DNA from: Schmidtea polychroa
Taxonomy: Eukaryota
Direction of reading: 5' to 3'
DNA length: 64,000 bases
NCBI GenBank assembly: GCA_044892525.1
Contig: CM097887.1
Coordinates: 80,578,397 to 80,642,396 of the forward strand
Part shown: positions 1 to 11,437 of the stretch, piece by piece
Numbering within the stretch: position 1 is the stretch's first letter
Layout: the number at the start of each line of letters is the position of its first letter
Translations under genes and position numbers: made by a program
Notes under the pieces: generated by a model
Database searches by the model: none
The model's input: only the letters and a program-made list of their open reading frames with translations
Told to the model about the DNA's origin: nothing

Positions 1-164
1 TAACGATTTTCTGTTTTGTACGTTTTCTTCTATTTCCACCCTTTCTGAACATATTCTGATGAATCAGTTCTCACCATGATTTTTCCATCATCTCCTTTAC
101 ATCTGACCTTTTTTTCAAATTTTAATTCGATGATTTCTTGGTTTTGAATTTTCAATATTTGTTT

Positions 165-936
165 TGTTGGGAATAACGCAAAAACCAAAAAAATTTAAAT
201 ATAAAAGGAAAGCATAACAAATAATTGCAAAATCAATAAAAGTGCAAAATTAATAAAAACTTACTAAAAATAAAAAATCAATATTGAGCGGGGCTATCGG
301 CTATGGTTGAACGCCAAATTGATGGACGAGTTCAGAAAATATAATAAAAATTTAATCAGGTGTCACAAGGAAAATTAATGCGAAAAAACAAATTAATTAA
401 AATTAACTAATCGGTAATGGGAAGCCCGAGCCAATGGGAAACCCAAACCCATGGGAAACCCAAGCCCAATGGGTCCCGACAATCAGATAGGAAAGAGAAT
501 ATTTCGAGCCCTAATCTAGGTTAAACATATTAAAATAATTTGGAAACCAAATGTTTACCTAGAATTCCCGGGAGATAATTAATTGCAATTCTCTAGATAA
601 TTACCCTCTCAAAAACAGTATAAAAAGAGAGCTCAGAAATCGACAAGCCGTCATTTTGAAGAAAAAAAGAGAAGCTCAGAAATCAAGCGATCAACGATCA
701 TAAGAATAAATCTAGTAATTCAAAAAAGGTTTAAGACTCGAACCAGAAAAGGTGATTGTCCCTTAGGTTGTCTACCTTATCGAGTGAAAATTGTCTTGAG
801 TGAAAGGTGCAAATAGTGACAAGTTGTAATTTATCTGAAATTAAATAAAATTATTCTGTGTTGGGTTTCGATTTATTTGGTTGAATAAGAACACAGGGAG
901 TCAGAGAGAGAACCGACTTTAAAAATAACCCCAACA
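165..936 (+). mobile_element. Probable solo LTR (TGTTGGG...CCCCAACA termini)
   Basis: Starts TGTTGGG at 165 followed by an A-rich tract, like the other LTRs in the window. Contains a TATA-like CAGTATAAAA (~616) and ends CCCCAACA at 936 (alternative end 977). Flanks GTTT/CTTT match 3 of 4, so the TSD is imperfect. Confidence 0.45.
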
Positions 937-1700
937 CTTTTAATTATTCTGAAATTTTAAATTTATGAACCCCAACACATTCGTTTCTTTTAATAATATT
1001 ATTAAAGTAAAAACTGTTCATTAATACTATATAATAATTAATTATTCAAAAAAATTAATAATCTTTATCAATGTAGGTAGCAAAATCATCTCTCATTTTC
1101 TTTGTCAAATTGATTTATTTTTTTTCCTTTTATTTGGAAATTCTACAATTCGATTTAAGACTTCAAACAAATTATAATTAACCCAAATTTACTAATATTT
1201 TCACTTTATTCGTATTTATTATTAATATTTTAATTACTACGATCAATCAATCAATCAATCAATAATAATAATATTAATAATAATAATTTTTTCCTATAAA
1301 TATTATGCTTTCTTTCAATAGCAGTGTAGGTCTTAAATAACTAATTTCTGTCTCAAAAAGGAGGTTAATAGGATAGGCTACAAGCCCTAAACATAAAAAC
1401 TTCAAAACTAATATATTAACAAAATAACCATAGATTACTAATCCCTATTACGTTAAAAACACTTTGCTTGCACTTATTATATCAATAAACAAAAGAATTT
1501 GGAATATTTATTAATTATAATAAAATAATTAATTAATAGAATTAATTTACTGCAGAAGGTAATGAAAATGTAAAGAATAACGAATTGAAATGTTACTTGT
1601 TTTTACGATATTTTCTTCACCTTAGTCGAAATTGATTGGTAGAAATTTCAATCGCTTAGTAACCGTATTTATAATTTAAAATGGCATCATAAATTTCAAA

Positions 1701-2355
1701 ATGATTTCCGTTGGTTATAAAATTTTGCTATCTTTTTTTATTTTAATTTTTGCAATATCAACTCAACTAGATTTTTTGGACGATAACATATTGGTAAACA
1801 AAACCGCTAATTTAAATATACCTATTGAAAAGTGTTTCCGGAAAGTTTCTGACTTCCTCGAATACCCAGAGGTATGAATTAATAAATACCGTTTTATCTA
1901 TTATTCAAATTACAGTGGATGCCAATGGTGTCAGAAGTTAATAGCATTGATTTGCCGACAAACATTAATGTTGGAACAGAATTCACAACTAACACAAATC
2001 TTGGTATAATAGGTAATCTTTCTTTCAATTTAATTTATATAAATTATTGTTAACTTAGGATCTACCGGACAAAGGAATGTTGTAACGTCCTTATTAAAGA
2101 ATAAGTATTTCAGTTTTTCTACAGAAAGTTTCATTCGAACTCATACAGAATTTAATATTAGTAGCACAGCTAAAAATAAATGTACAATTAATTTAACAAT
2201 TAAAACAAATCAAGATAATGTTTTATTTAAAGTTCGAAATTTTTAATATTATTTAAATTTCATTAAATGTTTAGAAAATAATCAAGCCAATTTTAAAATT
2301 GTACTATGGAAACTGGGCTACACAAAGTTTAATGAGTTTAAAAATGAAAAATTAA
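1701..2355 (+). CDS. Host gene, 4 exons: secreted/membrane SRPBCC (START-like, polyketide cyclase/dehydrase fold) protein
   Basis: Exons 1701-1871, 1916-2012, 2059-2231, 2275-2355 joined by GT-AG introns of 44, 46 and 43 nt give an open frame. It has an N-terminal hydrophobic signal (KILLSFFILIFAIST) and the SRPBCC-like motif LNIPIEKCFRKVSDFLEYPEWMPMVSEV, and ends in a helix ...ATQSLMSLKMKN. Confidence 0.7.
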
Positions 2356-2457
2356 ATTCATTTGTCGTAATTTTATTTCAATTAATTAAAATGTGACTTT
2401 ATTTTGTTTAAATATTTCATTTGATTATAAATACATTTGAACACTTTGAATCTTTTT

Positions 2458-2724
2458 ATGGATATTTCAAATTTATCTAATCGTTCAGTAATCCATTGCA
2501 GCGATGGAGTGGTTGAACTTAATAAATTTAATTATGTAAATGATTCACTTAGTAATGATTCGAATTCTAATAGTTGGCTGGATTTAATTTTGTATTATAT
2601 TGATTATTGTGGTGAACGACTCGCATGGTTTTTTGGCATAACTTCACCGAAATATGATTATGTGCTTGATGAAATTCAACGTATTCGTTTATCCGAAAAT
2701 TCTGATTTAAATTCTGATGTTTAA
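2458..2724 (+). CDS. FAM177-family protein (compact)
   Basis: VIHCSDGVVE and DYCGERLAWFFGITSPKYDYVLDE match the two conserved FAM177 blocks (approximately IIHF.SG..E and CDFLGEKIA..LGI.TPKYQYAIDE). First ATG is at 2458. Confidence 0.7.
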   Translation: MDISNLSNRSVIHCSDGVVELNKFNYVNDSLSNDSNSNSWLDLILYYIDYCGERLAWFFGITSPKYDYVLDEIQRIRLSENSDLNSDV

Positions 2725-4510
2725 ATATTACAGTTATAAATTATAAACATTTATAATTGATCATTTGCGGTGATTGATTTATATTTTTTGATTTAAATTT
2801 CATATTTTATGTACATAATTGGACTAGGATAAGGTAATGTCAACTAATAATGATATTTCTACGTTTGTCTAAAAGTTTGATGAGACGGGAAAATTGAAAG
2901 AAACGCAAAATAAATTTTCAGAAAATTCTAACGTTTTTTTATTTGTTTTAATTGTTAAATTAATTTATTATTATAATTGATTTTAAATATACTAAATTTT
3001 GGGCCATCAATTTTATTATCACCTTTAAATGATCAATTTTATTAATTTAATTATTTTATTCCTGTCATTAACTACTTATTAGTATTTTTTTACTACCTTA
3101 ATATTAGTATATTTTTAGCATTGTTACCTTATCCCTAGTACAAACGACGAGCTTTTGCAGAAGCAGCTTGAAGGACAACAGGAACAAGCTCGAAGTTACG
3201 AAATTGTTCGGTTGACCGGGGACATTGGTCTGAGAGATTATTCTGAATAATATAATATAAATGACAAAAGGTGCGTGGAAAAGTATGTAAAGTACAAATT
3301 TGTCGAAAATGCAAAATATTAATTAATTAATTGAACTAAAAACCCGTTAAGAAAATAAACGATTTAGATTTTTGAGGGTAGTTAGTTATAAAACCTACCA
3401 TAGAAACCCTGAACAACTATTAATAAACTTATTTTTTAAATGACAGTCGACGGATTTGTTGGGTTAAGATGGTTAAGAACAATAATGTTAGACATTATTT
3501 AATCCACAATCATTAATTATAAAGTTAGTTCTGGTAAATAAAGAAAAGTAACATCAAAATTTGTTTTTTTTGTCTTTGGTAAGGAAGAAGAAACTGAAAG
3601 TAGAAAGTGGAAAAGAGCACTAATTAGAAAATTTATCAAAGGAAGATTGAAGGCGTATCGGTCATTGTTAAAGGAAGATTATTATCATAAACAGATATTC
3701 TGTTTAATATTTGTAATAATAATAATATACATTGGTAGTGTTGATTCTTATTTATTGAACACGAGGAGTTAGATTATAATTATAATTAACCTACGTACAA
3801 TTAGCCAGTAAAAGATCAACACATATACAGGACATATACAACACATAATAAACCTTGCTCAAGCTGTGACCTGAGAAAAATTATACAAACCGTGTAAAGC
3901 TGTTTAAAGTTGCCCGAATGTCGAGGCAAATGACGGAACTCTGCAGTTGAGGACAGAGTTCAATAACATTAAATGTGGTGTGATGTTGACTTTGTTTTGT
4001 CTTATTTGATGAATGAAAATTGTGTTGGGCCAAGCTCCGAAGGTGTTGGAAAATACGAACCTAGGAAGGGATAGAGTAAAATAAAATAAAAACATATAAA
4101 AATACGAGAAACATAGGAGGAAACAAATTAAATATCCAGCAAAGAAATTAGAAAAACTAAATAAAATAACAAAACCTCTAAAGGAAAAATAAGACAAGAG
4201 GGAAGGCACCTAATAAACGACAGTAAAAGAAAAAAATAAAATAGCAGAAAATTTAAGAAAAATGAACAAAAGTAAAAGAAGAAAAACAAAATAAAAAAAA
4301 AAAAAAAATCATCCATAAGGCTAATTAAAACAAAAAATGAAGTTACAATAAAATAGCAACAAAACCACAGGAAAAACAGATAAAATAATAAAAAATAGGA
4401 AAATAAATAAAATAATAATAAAAATAGGAAAAAGTCATTAAAATACACCTGATTACATTAAAAAACATAAAAATTATAATAAACAATAATATTACATGCA
4501 AGTCGCGTCC

Positions 4511-4590
4511 TGATTGGACGAAAAGTAATATATAAAGAGCGACAAAAATCTGTAGAGTATCATTCTAACCCGAAACTACAGGTAAAATTT
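4511..4590 (+). promoter_or_regulatory. LTR promoter: inverted CCAAT box, TATA box, then a splice donor in the leader
   Basis: TGATTGG (4511), TATATAAA (4529), CAG|GTAAAA (4581/4582) inside a short duplicated motif. The same arrangement (TGATTGG, TATATAAG, duplicated motif with CAG|GTAAG) occurs in the solo LTR at ~44650-44780. Confidence 0.6.
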
Positions 4591-6842
4591 TATCCTTTAT
4601 ATAATCATTCTAACCCGAAACTCTACAGGAAAACTAAGAACCACTCGCAAGCACAGATTATTGAACCATATTCATTCATCGGATATCATATACATTTAAC
4701 GGAGATCGAATTCAGTTCAGTCGAACGAGTCTATCTAAAGAAAACTTATATTATTTTGATCTAACACCTTCGGAGATTTTTGGTAAATTATGTTTTAGAT
4801 TTTAGCATGATGATTTAAATATTTATTATGAATTTAAAAAGTCGTTTATAATTCAATAAATTTCATATTTTAAACGAAGGTGTTGCTTTCTCTCTATGAT
4901 GCTGGCGACGGCGTCCTCTGGAATCCGGGTATGATGCAGTTGAGTTTTCCGAACGTCCTACGGAGGGGAAATTTACGAATACGAACTCGAGAAATTGAAG
5001 TGATAGAACCAGCCCAGGATCCATATGAATTTAGAAACTAAAGTGATTACTTAATGAATACGAGATTTATGCTAACCAGAGTCATCATGCCCGGATTTCA
5101 AATGTCGTGGTCGCCAGGTGAACATTTATTTAATTGATTTTCTCATAATTCCATTATTTCTATATTGATTCACTGAATAATTAAATTGTATTGTTGCACA
5201 TTTATTGAGAATGGAGTTGCGATGAGACGGGTCGAGTCGTCCTTCACACCGGTCCAAGAGCAGTGGGCAGAGATGCGTACTGCCTTGGGTGGGTTGTGAG
5301 GAGCGAGGAAACCATGTGAGATTTAACAAATCAAGTAATTGATTCTTTCATCGAGTGTAATCCACCCATCTTAGTCGTCGAAAACCATCCAATGCAGAAA
5401 CTTCTGAGTGACATAGTTTGAATCAACGATACCTTGGGAACTCCAGGAGATATACCATTAAAACTATCATCAGCATTGTGTCCAATCACGTAATTAAATA
5501 ATCTTTGATTTTGAGCCATATTCGTCTTGCATTGAGAAAAGTGACTGTTAGAATGTCTGCCGGAAGGAGTTATTAATTTCGAGTTTTTACGAGAGATTCT
5601 CTGTACTAAGCCCATTTCGTATCTTACAATCTGAAGGTGCTTTGGAAGCTACACCGCCGGGAGGTTAGCGAATAGATCCATCGTCTTGCTTATCGTCGAC
5701 TCCGAGGAGACTTAATGATCGACCAACGTCTAGCCGCTGTCATTGATAATAGCTCGATTTAGACATGAACGTAAACATCTCTGGATAGTAGATTAAGACA
5801 CTGACTGTGAGTCCGAAAGAAACGGTCGCCAGCAACATCGAGTGAGCGTAGTAGACCGCCGGGAAATCGATTGATAAGATATCTGAAGCCTCAATTCCGA
5901 GCGAACGAGTTGACAGTCTTTATCTCAAAACCAATTAGTAGAGAAAAATCTAAATATAAAATCAATCTTATCTAGTAGATTCGCAATTAACCCACACAAT
6001 TAGATTCATGTGATTTCTGTGACACTCTCTCAGACTCCAACCTATCTAGAAAATCAGCCAGCGATATCATGTCTAGTGTGCAGATAGTGGATAGATTTAC
6101 ATCATAATTACATAATGGTAGCAGGGGAGATGGCTAGGCTACATGTACAATCCGATAGCGAGATTACGTCACATTGAATGGTAGAATTGCTGCCCAGTCC
6201 AAGAACACACATCGATGATAAATTGTACAATGCATGCATATGAACCGACCTGACGACATCTGTTAGCATACATAAAAAGAAAAACTAACACACCACTACT
6301 CACAAACAAGCGTCGTTATGACGACATTTATGTCGCAAGATTTAAGGTGATCAAATAGCAAATTATGATAAGACTTAAATTGAATTTTGCGGTTCTTTTG
6401 TGAAGCCGATCACGACGTTTAAAACCCAATAGTCACCAGTCATACCGAACTAGGTTTTTGCGACACAACTCGCGCGTAATTTCAGGAATATAGTAGCGCG
6501 GGGAGTGGGGATGCTATTGCTAGGGAAGGATAATTATAATAAATTCGACTGTGATAAATTAATAAAAGCACATTAAATAAAAATGGCCAATTTCAGAAAG
6601 ATAAACATAAAGTCAAAGTTATGATAAATGTATTATTTCGAGTAATTCCGTTTTCTTTTTTCTCTATCAGTATGGATGCTTGCGGACAAATGAGTGTAAA
6701 TGTTGACCAGTGATAAGGGTAAGTGGGTCATTGTCGAGTAGGATGATTGGAAATAGGGTAAAAATTGTAGTCAAAATTTGGAAACGACACGCCAACGATT
6801 TTTTTTTTAACTCTACAATTAACAAAACGTCTTGATCTTCAG

Positions 6843-7604
6843 ATGCCTGTTTCAACCGCTACGAACAAGGATCTTCGTCCATGCTTCTCCTGCGCAGATA
6901 AAAACGCAGACATAGCACAACTCCACTTATATATCGGGGCACTGAAAAAGAGAATTGATCTCTATGAAGGCACGTGGTTCTCCCCGCCACAGATGAAGGA
7001 GGAGCGCAGTAAAATTCTTCGGTTGGAACATTGCCGGGACAGCCTCCTAGAGGAGAGTCGCTGTCAAAGACTGACGATCAAGGCGCAATCGGAAGCCCTC
7101 CACAAGGTCTACACGGAGGCAGAATTGGCCAAACGGGTACGAGAATTTCCCGTCTTGGAGGCCAGCAATGTTTTTCCCACTCACCACCAAAGTACTTCCA
7201 CCGCTACAACCAGTTGTCTGGGGCACGGCTCCTATCTGCCGCCTGTTCCAGCACCGGCCTTATATAGTTGTCAGCCGCCGGTAGGTGGTCCGTCCGACCC
7301 TATCTTGGCTCCAGTTTTAGTGACATCAGTTACAGCACCCGATGCGGACAACCATCAACCACAGCGTAAAAGAAAACGGCCGACCCGAGCCGCCAAAAAT
7401 CAAAGACGTCGAGATGCAATCGCGGCTCTCGAGGCGTCGTTATCTGTGGCCAAGTCTTCTCTGGAGAAGTTATCGTCACTACCTTCTACCCCCACCAAGG
7501 AGATATTCCGGGTGATCTCGCCCGAAGGGGTCCAGCTCGTGCGAGACCGTCGGTTACCGGTCGACATCGACGAGATGATCGCCGAAGGGGAAGTTTTCCC
7601 ATAA
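6843..7604 (+). CDS. LTR-encoded 253-aa protein (CxxC + coiled coil, Arg-rich basic segment, acidic C-terminus)
   Basis: Intact in both LTRs. The N-terminal ~95 aa are conserved at protein level in the diverged solo LTR (46953-47345). AG acceptor directly before the ATG. Confidence 0.75.
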   Translation: MPVSTATNKDLRPCFSCADKNADIAQLHLYIGALKKRIDLYEGTWFSPPQMKEERSKILRLEHCRDSLLEESRCQRLTIKAQSEALHKVYTEAELAKRVREFPVLEASNVFPTHHQSTSTATTSCLGHGSYLPPVPAPALYSCQPPVGGPSDPILAPVLVTSVTAPDADNHQPQRKRKRPTRAAKNQRRRDAIAALEASLSVAKSSLEKLSSLPSTPTKEIFRVISPEGVQLVRDRRLPVDIDEMIAEGEVFP

Positions 7605-8145
7605 TTGGACATGTCGTTGACCCATCTCTCATCCGACGCGATCAAGCTCAACAATCTTTATAAATGACTTAGATGATGCGTGTTTGTACTCTCCTACGTG
7701 TTGTGATTCGGAAATTTGTGTTCATATGTATCCTCAATTTCATTAATATAATCATAGTATTCGTTGTGTTGTCCCGTAAAAGTTATAGAGTAATGAGTGA
7801 TGTCTTGATGAATGAATTGGAATGACCACTGGAGAATGTGGGTCGTCCCCTTGGACCAGGGTCGTACCGAGAATGCATGACGAGTAGGGGTAAGACCTTC
7901 TTAGGCACCGAGGAACCTGAACTGAGAGTGGGTCCGTAGTAGTCCTAAGGCAGGGGCTCACCTGCGGATCAACTCCGACCCGTGTGAGCAGCACCAACGT
8001 GGGTAGATCATCACGGGCTCACATGAGGGAATATTTGTAAATCATGCGGGTTATGTGGGGGAAGGGCCCCGAGCTAAAGGAACATGATGCCAGCTGCACT
8101 ACGAATGTCCGTTTGACTCCTCCCATATACGCGCAACATGATTTT

Positions 8146-8163
8146 TGGGGGCTCAGCCGGGAT
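8146..8163 (+). promoter_or_regulatory. Primer-binding site complementary to the tRNA-Pro 3' end
   Basis: TGGGGGCTCAGCCGGGAT matches the canonical tRNA-Pro PBS (TGGGGGCTCGTCCGGGAT) at 16/18 and lies 7 nt after the LTR end. Confidence 0.85.
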
Positions 8164-8629
8164 ATATATTGATTTGTTTGATTGTCTATTTTTGTGTTAT
8201 GATGTGTTAGATTAACAATTTAATTAATTATGATAAAAATGGAATCGGGGCTGAAACGAATTATAGTGCAATGAAATGATACGAACTGTCTGAGTTTGAA
8301 AGAGAGTATGTATGAATAAAAACGAACCTAAATGAGTTTGAATGAAAATAAGGTTGAATGAATGTGAAAGAGTGCGGTGAGAAAAGAAAACGGGAATCAC
8401 TTATTTTGTTTAGTTTAATTTATTAAATTAAAAAGAGGGATGAAAGGAAGTAATGATAATAAAAGTAAATGATTAAAGTGAAAAATATGACGAGGGAATC
8501 CCAAGGATGGAATAAAATACAAAAGTTAGAAACATTAACAATAAAAGTCAAACGAAAATTAAATACCAACCTGATAATATCATTAATAATACCCGCAAAA
8601 CCAATAATAACAACACATTTTTTTTAGAT

Positions 8630-9109
8630 ATGTCGGAAGCTAGAAAACATCTACAACAGCTAAGCAGATTCATCGACATAGAAAACGATTCTCTAAAGAC
8701 GTTAAGAGAAAAACTGCAACAAATAGAGACCCTAGAACAACAACGCCACGATGCACCTCTGATATCAAAACAAAATTATTTAACCAATAAACTGGGAGCA
8801 ACAAACACCGATACCGACTTGTCTACCCATTACCAATGGATGCAGCAACGACTCGACGACCCCGCTCTGAACATCGAATATGTGAGAATACGCGAACAAG
8901 TAAAAACTTTGTCTCAAAGAATACGAACATCGATAGTAGAGAAAGCAGCGGTCTTAAGAACCTGTAACATTTGTAAGACGCGACCTGCCAAAATTCTAAT
9001 TCTACCGTGTGGACACCTTAGCCATTGTGACGAATGTGCCGTCAGTTTAACGCATTGTTCTTTATGTGTATGTGTGATAAAGGAGAAGCACACGATTTAC
9101 TTCAGTTAG
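8630..9109 (+). CDS. Coiled coil + C-terminal IAP/MDM2-type C3HC4 RING finger protein (putative E3 ligase)
   Basis: CNIC...ILILPCGHLSHCDECAVSLTHCSLC...IYFS at the extreme C-terminus. No BIR domain. TTTTTTTAG acceptor 2 nt before the ATG. Confidence 0.8.
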   Translation: MSEARKHLQQLSRFIDIENDSLKTLREKLQQIETLEQQRHDAPLISKQNYLTNKLGATNTDTDLSTHYQWMQQRLDDPALNIEYVRIREQVKTLSQRIRTSIVEKAAVLRTCNICKTRPAKILILPCGHLSHCDECAVSLTHCSLCVCVIKEKHTIYFS

Positions 9110-9689
9110 CACGCGATTAGCACTCGGTGAAAGAATTGATCTGATTGACGATTTGACTAAATCCTTTATGTTTAATTGATGGGTCAATAATTTTTTAGTA
9201 AATGTGTATATTGCATGTGGCTTAAGCCAAATAATGAATAGAATGTTTTGTGTGTTCATTTTATTGTGAATTCAGTAACTTTATGATAATTTTCACCATA
9301 GAGAGAGAGCATCAATAAACTTAATTTAAACAAATAATATAAAGTGGAACTAGTCCCAACATAGGGTTAAAGGGGGAATAAACCGAGCCACCTTCGGGAG
9401 GTACGTTATACAAATGCCGTTTGGGAAGGGACAACCGATCACCCCGAGTAAGAGATGTAAGGCGAGGTACCATCGCGAATATTGAAAAGTTTCTGCGGTA
9501 TGGCTGATCACCATACCAATGTAGAAATGGATCAATGCGATCGTTTTGCGTTTTGAGCAAGGGGGGAAAGGGGAAACCTTCCAAAGCGGTACAGATTAAG
9601 TCGACAAATAAAAGTAAAAATAGGAAGATGACAGTGTAGAATAAAGACAGAAAAGGAACGGAAGCATGCAGAGTTTAGAGACATTAAGG

Positions 9690-10060
9690 CCGAGCTGTTG
9701 AAAAGTCCAGCCGGTCAGGGAAAATTGAAACTGAGCTGTAAAAAGTCCAGCCAGTAGGGGATAATAAGATCGAGTTGCTGAATAGTCCAACCGGTCAGAA
9801 GAAGAAGATTGAGCTGTTGAATAGTGCCAGCCAGTCGTAAGATCGAGTTGTTGAATAGTCCAACCGGTCAGAAGAAGAAGATTGAGCTGTGAATAGTGCC
9901 AGCCAGTCGTAAGATCGAGTTGTTGAATAGTCCAACCGGTCAGAAGAAGAAGATTGAGCTGTGAATAGTGCCAGCCAGTCGTAAGATCGAGTTGTTGAAT
10001 AGTCCAACCGGTCAGGAGAAGAAGATTGAGCTGTTGAAAAGTGCCAGCCAGTCGTAAAGG
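9690..10060 (+). repeat. Tandem repeat, ~72-73 bp unit made of two related ~35 bp subunits, about 4-5 copies
   Basis: Repeated GAGCTGTTGAATAGTGCCAGCCAGTCGTAAGATC / GAGTTGTTGAATAGTCCAACCGGTCAGAAGAAGAAGATT. Confidence 0.9.
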
Positions 10061-10773
10061 CCTAAAGTAATAGTGAGATAGCATTTAAGCTACAAGTTGA
10101 TAACATTTAAATTACTAGTGAGATAGAATATTAAAGATAGCTAGAAGCAAATTGAGTTTGAAATATGGAATTTGAATTTAGAAAGGATCAAACGAGCTCG
10201 TAAAAGATGATAGTAAAATTCTTTTAGTAAAGAAGGAGAAACGGAAAAGGAAAATGAATTAGGAATAATAGAAACAAAGAATAAGTATGAATAGATGATG
10301 AATCAAAGAGGAAATAATTAATTAATTAAAAGGGATCCCAGGTAAGTAGACAAAAGTTCTACAGAATTTTTTTGGTTTAAACCGGTTAAACGAATTTTGT
10401 TTTGGTTCCAGAGCAGAACCGAGTAAAAGGAAATAGAGATGAAAGATTAAATGAATAAGCGGAACCGCGCAAAAGGATTAAGGAAAATATGGGGGGTAAT
10501 AAGCAGTAACTGACAACGACCTATCGATATTATAAATGCTAACTATAGATAATTTATACGACTATATAGATAATTGTTACTACCCCAAATAGATAATTAA
10601 AAATCGACGAAAACTATGGGTTGATGGGTAATTATATTCCGCGGAGAAGTGTATGAGGGGAAATGAAGAGAAGCATAACAGAGGCCCAAAAACAGTGTCT
10701 GCGCTTGAATGTGGTAAAAAGGAATGATTGATTCGTGTAAGCAAATGCAACACGATATCATTTTTTCATTGTA

Positions 10774-11072
10774 GATACCCATCCAACCAAGTCAATTCAG
10801 AACCAGCTCAAAAGGAAGCCAGAGAATATACAAACAACCCAGGAAAAGCAATTCAGAACCCGCATAAAGAAAAACAAGCCAATCCGAACACGGAGGACGA
10901 CAACGACATCTTTACCTACGACGGAATTATCGAAATATCTAGCATCGACGTAATAGCAGCAGTCAATCAAGGACTCAGATATCTCCTCCGGAAATCAGCC
11001 GAGAAATTACGCGGAATATTCCTCGAAGGAAACACTATCAGAACCGAACTTGACCAATTCAGCAGCCGCTAA
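10774..11072 (+). CDS. Possible small accessory exon/ORF upstream of gag, function unknown
   Basis: Strong acceptor TTTTTTCATTGTAG at ~10773 followed by ~100 open codons with the element's A-rich composition. No recognisable domain. Confidence 0.3.
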
Positions 11073-11437
11073 CCGTAGAAAAATCCACGTGAAAAGACAG
11101 AAAAGAGTAAGAAAGAATCACGGATAAACCCAACCTTAGATCTTCAAGTAAGCCAGGAGACGTATTATTTTCAGGAGACGAATTAGATCAACTCAAAAGA
11201 GGACGATCATTTAGGCAGCAGAGAGGAATATCACAAGGAGCAAAAAGACCCCACAAAACACCGATATACGATCAAGAAAACCCCACAGCCGGACATACGC
11301 CCAGTCGATCTAGAAGTAGAGAAAGCCTATCCGATATAACAAACAACCTAACCGGGTCAACAGAAGAATTATCCGTCCATAGTTTAGCTACATCGCTGGA
11401 AAATTTAAAAGGAATAATAGAGTGTCAAGAACCAATC

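Larger units (their letters stand above)
4023..8138 (+). repeat. 5' LTR (4116 bp)
   Basis: TGTTGGGC...GCGCAACA. Differs from 37852-41968 at only about 8 positions by eye. Confidence 0.95.

Noticed and set aside
361-821. TGTCAC...GTGACA segment as a separate nested LTR
   Set aside because: No TSD (CAGG vs AGTT). Treated as part of the 165-936 candidate.
3119-3250. Possible isolated host exon (HCYLIPSTNDELLQKQLEGQQEQARSYEIVRLTGDIGLRDYSE*)
   Set aside because: No linked upstream exons or recognisable domain could be established.
3904-4448. Hydrophobic minus-strand ORFs rich in F/L/Y (also 37724-38277 and 44370-44567)
   Set aside because: They are translations of the A-rich LTR start (low-complexity poly-T on the minus strand), not membrane proteins.
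9690-10060. CRISPR-like appearance of the tandem array
   Set aside because: There are no unique spacers, and the context is eukaryotic with no cas genes.
9596-10084. Repetitive minus-strand ORFs
   Set aside because: By-products of the 72-bp tandem repeat.
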